DNA of 21,284 nucleotides, taken from the NCBI GenBank assembly GCA_035285545.1, contig JAYKGY010000061.1:1-21284 (forward strand). The letters run 5' to 3'. Position 1 is the first letter of the stretch. Every line of letters begins with the position of its first letter. Both the position numbers and the translations under genes were made by a program. The notes under the pieces were generated by a model. The model was not told where the DNA came from. It made no database searches and worked only from the letters and a program-made list of their open reading frames with translations. Below, piece after piece: positions 16,972 through 21,284 of this stretch. The stretch is from Snowella sp. Lineage in GTDB: Bacteria; Cyanobacteriota; Cyanobacteriia; Cyanobacteriales; Microcystaceae.

Positions 16972-17763
16972 ATGAAAAAAAGATATTTAGTCGCTGTTTG
17001 CCTTGTAATTTTATGCTTTTTGTTATTTTCTTCTATTTTTAAGCCCATAGTTTTAACTCAATCGACTTCAGCCCAAACCGCTACTGTCACCATTTCCGCC
17101 GCCATTAGCCTCAAAGATGCCTTAGAGGAAATTAAAACGCAATACCAGAAAAAAGATTCTAAGGTGAGTATTACCTATAATTTTGGTTCCTCTGGTTCCC
17201 TTCAACAACAAATCGAACAAGGTGCCCCCGTTGATATTTTTATTTCAGCCGCGAATAAACAAATGGATGCGCTAGAATCCAAAAATTTACTCTTAGCCGG
17301 AACGCGACGTACTTTAGTCACCAACCAATTGGTTTTAGTCACACCAAAATCAGAGAAAAAATTAACTCAATTCCAAGATTTAACCAAACCTTTTGTTACA
17401 AAAATTGCATTAGGAGAACCCAAATCTGTTCCGGCGGGACAATACGGTGAAGAGGTTTTAAAATACTTTAAAATCTTAGATTCTGTGAAGCCCAAAATTA
17501 TTTATGGTAAAGATGTTCGTCAAGTGTTGACCTATGTACAAACGGGGAATGTCAATGCGGGTCTGGTGTATCAAACCGATGCCAAAACCGCTGATCAAGT
17601 CCGAGTCGCCGCGATCGCGCCCAAAGCGTCCCATCGGCCAATCGTCTATCCGCTAGCAATTCTCAAAGACACCAAAAATCCCCAGAGAGCGAAAGCCTTT
17701 AGCCAATTCTTAACCAGTAAAACCAGTCAGAGTATCTTTAAAAAATACGGTTTCGGATTATGA
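16972..17763 (+). CDS. modA: Molybdate ABC transporter substrate-binding protein
   Basis: N-terminal signal/anchor, SAAISL, FGSSGSLQQQIEQGAPVDIFISA, VPAGQY, AGLVYQTDA, IVYP. Confidence 0.97.
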   Translation: MKKRYLVAVCLVILCFLLFSSIFKPIVLTQSTSAQTATVTISAAISLKDALEEIKTQYQKKDSKVSITYNFGSSGSLQQQIEQGAPVDIFISAANKQMDALESKNLLLAGTRRTLVTNQLVLVTPKSEKKLTQFQDLTKPFVTKIALGEPKSVPAGQYGEEVLKYFKILDSVKPKIIYGKDVRQVLTYVQTGNVNAGLVYQTDAKTADQVRVAAIAPKASHRPIVYPLAILKDTKNPQRAKAFSQFLTSKTSQSIFKKYGFGL

Positions 17764-19712
17764 ATCTCGATTTGTCTCCGTTGTGGATTTCCTTAAAAGT
17801 ATCCAGCATTGCTACCGTAATTACCTTTTTTATTGGTTTGATGGCAGCCCGTTTGATGTTAAATTATCGCGGCAAACTGCGGGGGGCGATCGATGCGATT
17901 TTAATTTCTCCCTTGGTATTACCCCCAACAGTGGTGGGCTTTTTATTATTGCTACTATTCGGCAAAAACGGCTTTTTAGGCCGACCGCTCCAGCAAATCG
18001 GAATGAATTTTATTTTTACTTGGCAAGCTGCGGTGATTACGGCGGTTGTTGTCTCCTTTCCCCTCATGTATCGCACTTCCCTGGGAGCATTAGAACAAAT
18101 TGAACCGAATATTATTTTGGCGGCTCGTACCCTGGGGCGTTCAGAGTGGTCGATTTTTTGGCAAGTGTTAATTCCGTTGGGCTATCGGGGCATTGTGGCA
18201 GGGACGATTCTGGCGTTTGCTCGTGCGTTAGGGGAATTTGGTGCAACCTTGATGTTAGCCGGTAATATTCCGGGTCAGACTCAAACTATGTCCGTCGCCA
18301 TCTTTTTTGCTTCGGAATCGGGGGATTATTCAACGGCGTTAATTTGGGTTTCCATTTTGCTCCTAATCTCTCTCTCGGTCATTATTACAGTCAATTTTTG
18401 GGCAGAGACGAAACGGGATCAACGGTCAGTTCATCGGCCAAACCTCAAACGGCGATCGCTGATTTCGCAACTTCAAAAAATTTCCTGGCGCAAGGTATCA
18501 AACCATCAAGCAATCAAGCATTTTCATACTGGAGAAGGATTATTCATTGATATCCAAAAACAATATGCCGATTTTGTCTTAGATGTCACCCTCGAAAACA
18601 ATTTGGAACCGTTGGGGTTACTGGGGGCATCCGGTTCAGGAAAAAGCATGACGCTGCGCTGCATTGCGGGTTTAGAAACGCCCGATCGCGGCCTTATTCA
18701 TGTTAACGGTCAGGTGTGGTTTGATTCCCAACGGAAAATTAATCTGCCCCCCTGTCAACGAAAAGTTGGGTTTGTTTTCCAAAATTACGCCCTCTTTCCC
18801 CATCTAACGGTTCGTCAAAATATTGCCTTTGGGGTACAGAATTTACCGAAAGCCGAACAACAACGACGGGTTAACCTCAAAATTCGACAAATGCACCTCG
18901 AAGATCTGGAAAATCGTTATCCGGCTCAACTCTCTGGCGGTCAACAACAACGGGTCGCGATCGCGCGGGCTTTGGCCATTGAACCCGAAGTTTTGCTACT
19001 CGATGAACCCTTTTCGGCGTTGGATACCCAATTAAGGAGCCAAATGGAAAAGAACTTACTCGAAACCCTTTCTCTTTATCCAGGCATTACCCTAATGGTT
19101 TCCCACAATTTAGAAGAAATTTATCGAATTTGCCAAAATCTATTAGTAATTTCTGACGGTAAAGTCTTATCCTATGGCGATAAACAGCAAATTTTCCAAC
19201 AACCTCAAATTTATGAAGTGGCACGATTAACTGGCTGTAAAAACTTCTCTCCCATTGAAATTCTGTCTTCCCATCAAGTTAAAGCCTTAGATTGGGGTTG
19301 TATCTTAACGCTTCCTCAGGCAATTCCGCAAACCGCAACCCAAATTGGGATTCGCGCCCATCATCTGCTTTTTGAAGAATTAGAAGCTCTGAAAATTAAA
19401 CCGAAAAAGCATCAGAAAATTTCTCGTTCTGTTGAAATTGGAGAAAATTTTGACCACAAAGCGGAAGCTACTCCCCAATCCTTCTCTATGCTAGAAGAGA
19501 CTGTCTCCAATCGTTTCCCTTGTTGGTTAGTGCAAAATAGTGAAACCCCTTTTCGCATCACGCTCTATATCAAACTCAATACCCCGCCTCAGCATTATCA
19601 GGATTATCATCTCCAAGTCGAGCTATATAAAGAAAATTGGCTATTACTCAAAGAATTTGCTTTCCCCTGGCATTGTCGCCTCGATCCTTCCCGTCTTTTT
19701 TTCGTTGAATAA
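17760..19712 (+). CDS. modB: Fused molybdate ABC permease / ATP-binding protein (ModB-ModC)
   Basis: ModB part: PLVLPPTVVG, AARTLG, ARALGEFGAT. ModC part: GASGSGKS, FQNYALFPH, LSGGQQQR, LLLDEP, VSHN. The start overlaps the modA stop (ATGA). Confidence 0.95.
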   Translation: MNLDLSPLWISLKVSSIATVITFFIGLMAARLMLNYRGKLRGAIDAILISPLVLPPTVVGFLLLLLFGKNGFLGRPLQQIGMNFIFTWQAAVITAVVVSFPLMYRTSLGALEQIEPNIILAARTLGRSEWSIFWQVLIPLGYRGIVAGTILAFARALGEFGATLMLAGNIPGQTQTMSVAIFFASESGDYSTALIWVSILLLISLSVIITVNFWAETKRDQRSVHRPNLKRRSLISQLQKISWRKVSNHQAIKHFHTGEGLFIDIQKQYADFVLDVTLENNLEPLGLLGASGSGKSMTLRCIAGLETPDRGLIHVNGQVWFDSQRKINLPPCQRKVGFVFQNYALFPHLTVRQNIAFGVQNLPKAEQQRRVNLKIRQMHLEDLENRYPAQLSGGQQQRVAIARALAIEPEVLLLDEPFSALDTQLRSQMEKNLLETLSLYPGITLMVSHNLEEIYRICQNLLVISDGKVLSYGDKQQIFQQPQIYEVARLTGCKNFSPIEILSSHQVKALDWGCILTLPQAIPQTATQIGIRAHHLLFEELEALKIKPKKHQKISRSVEIGENFDHKAEATPQSFSMLEETVSNRFPCWLVQNSETPFRITLYIKLNTPPQHYQDYHLQVELYKENWLLLKEFAFPWHCRLDPSRLFFVE

Positions 19713-19789
19713 AGGGAATATTCCGTTAAATATTCTGATTTTTTAAAGGTTGATTGCTATCTCATTTTGCAATTGATAATTTTAATGAA

Positions 19790-21158
19790 TTAATTAAGGG
19801 GAAAAAAGTCGTAGCCGGTTTGATGGCGGTCAGAGGGTTTTACTTGTACCAAAGTAGCCGGGCCTTCGCGATCGCCGTTGGGTAAAAACTTCACAGTTCC
19901 GTTGCGGGTTACGGAGGCAAAATTGGCACTCCCTAAGGCTTGCTTCAAACCCTCTCGACTTTGACTGATGGCTAAACCATTCGCGATCGCATAAATGGCA
20001 TCATAACTCCCTGCGGTGCGCCAGGAGACATCTCCTCCCCAAATCTGACGGGCACTATCCGCGAAAGGAGCATTGGCTTTGGTTTTCGCACTCCAAGGAA
20101 CGGGAATAATTAAACCCTGAGTAACGCTTCCCCGCTCTAAGGTTTTAATGGTTCCCAGGGGACTATTGCCATAAAGTTGAAGCTTACTTTGATTGAGTTC
20201 AGCCAAAGCATAAGCGGCTTGCAACCGATCCACATGGGGCAATAACAATAGACTATCTGCACCGTTGGCGATCGCTTCTTGTAATTGTTGTTGGGGATTA
20301 AGGGAGGCATTACTCAGATCACAGACCGTCGGCACTTGCTGCCCCCCTCCTTTTAATAAAGCCGCCACAAATTCCTGCATAAAGGAAACCCCATCGGGAG
20401 CTTGAGCATCGTAACAAATGGCAATTTTTCGGTCATTTTTGATGACATCTTGGGCTAACGATTGGGCGGCACGTTGCGTTGAAGGAACAACTCGAAAAAT
20501 ATAGTTACCGATATCGGCAATCCCATTAGCCAGACTCGTGGAATTAACCAGAACTAATTGACCCGCTTGATAAATCGGAGCCGCACTGAGGGTCGCATTA
20601 CTCGCATTATGTCCAATAACCGCCACAATTTCAGGCGTTTTAACTAAGATTTGCGCGACTTGTTTCGCAATTTCTGGCTCATTAGAATCATCAACAATGA
20701 GGAGCGATACATAACGTCCCCTAAGCCCGCCCTTATTATTTATTTCATTTTGCCCCTGGGCATACCCTCTCAGCATTTCCTGGGCCACATTCAGGTTACT
20801 TTTAATGGGGACAACAACAGCAATTTTAACGGGGTTGTGGGCTAGGGCTTTCGCATTATTGAGATAAATTAAGGCTTCGGGATCATTTTGATATTTGGCT
20901 AAATAACTCGTTAATAAATTAATGGCTTCACTTGTCTTTCCTTCGGCGATCGCTTTTGCCGCAAATAATTTTGCCTCATTATCCCGACTGGGAACCAAGA
21001 CCCTTGATCCTTCACTCAATCGTCCTTCCAGATCACTCGTAACTTGATTAATAGTCGATAAATTTCCTGAAGATTTTTTTCCGATAACGGTTGAAAACCA
21101 CCATAAACCACTACCTGCAATCATCCCTGTGATTAACAACGCAATAGTTAAAACTAAA
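19790..21158 (-). pseudogene. LivJ-like (branched-chain amino acid type, PBP1) ABC substrate-binding protein, 5' end interrupted by an ISL3 element
   Basis: DPEALIYLNNA, EMLRGYAQGQ, VDDSNEPE, AVIGHNAS, YIFRVVP, YDA. The frame extends upstream of the TTG at 21139 as LVLTIALLITG (membrane anchor) up to the IS end at 21159, with no native start codon. The remaining frame is intact and could be expressed from TTG 21139 or ATG 21124. Confidence 0.75.
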
Positions 21159-21284
21159 GGTTCTTCTGAATAAAGAGTGATAAGTAAAACTCATAATGAA
21201 AAGCAAGCTAAAAAGCGACGACGCATATTTTCAAAGTTAAGAAACCCATAAGCCTGACGCTTAATCAGTTTGAGACGATTGTTG
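21159..21284 (-). mobile_element. ISL3-family insertion sequence, right end (partial; continues beyond the window)
   Basis: Terminus GGTTCTTCTGAATAAAGAGTG at 21159 (ISL3-type GGnTCT end), adjacent to a transposase C-terminus. Confidence 0.88.
21191..21284 (-). CDS. ISL3-family transposase, C-terminal fragment (partial at window edge)
   Basis: Reads NNRLKLIKRQAYGFLNFENMRRRFLACFSL*, the conserved NN.IK.IKR.AYGF.NF.N tail of ISL3 transposases. Confidence 0.9.
   Translation of the reverse strand, partial: NNRLKLIKRQAYGFLNFENMRRRFLACFSL

Larger units (their letters stand above)
2570..20953. repeat. HIP1 (GCGATCGC) dispersed palindromes, about 31 copies
   Basis: Manual scan found starts at 2570, 2937, 3644, 4044, 4628, 4969, 5216, 5786, 7224, 7466, 7868, 8253, 10005, 11106, 11337, 11578, 12259, 13043, 13774, 14652, 14865, 15370, 15730, 15835, 17611, 18452, 18957, 19868, 19983, 20268 and 20946. 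Confidence 0.92.

Noticed and set aside
17783..19746. Small alternative-frame ORFs inside modBC
   Set aside because: Fully or largely nested in a well-supported gene, with no independent evidence.
1..21284. CRISPR array, tRNA/rRNA, or a novel defence or biosynthetic operon (e.g. VWA + kinase, SfsA + PIN)
   Set aside because: No regularly spaced repeats or RNA-gene signatures were seen. The VWA gene has no MoxR, kinase or phosphatase partners here, and the nuclease genes are unlinked members of common families.

Overview
Cyanobacterial chromosomal DNA. The HIP1 octamer GCGATCGC occurs about 31 times by manual count, and the 1-Cys peroxiredoxin and the ftsY-acyltransferase gene order resemble Synechocystis as I recall it. 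Most genes are housekeeping: 1-Cys peroxiredoxin, tspO, a Slr2103-like acyltransferase, ftsY, pheA, DUF1997, sfsA, a Cache-HAMP-PAS hybrid histidine kinase, DUF952, argC, a VWA protein, modA, fused modBC and a LivJ-like substrate-binding protein. The left edge holds the 5' part of a large repeat surface protein (CBM-like plus Ig-like units) that the ORF track missed. I found no convincing new multi-gene system, CRISPR array, tRNA or rRNA. The interesting signal is small-scale mobile DNA. (1) A 149-bp MITE with IS1-like ends and an 8-bp target duplication has replaced the stop codon and C-terminus of the histidine kinase. (2) An ISL3 element has inserted into the 5' end of the substrate-binding protein gene. 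(3) An IS5/IS1031 remnant sits directly in front of modA. (4) There is a 150-bp foldback element and further intergenic hairpins. (5) An AT-rich vapBC-type module lies between pheA and ftsY. All family assignments come from motif recognition, not database searches.
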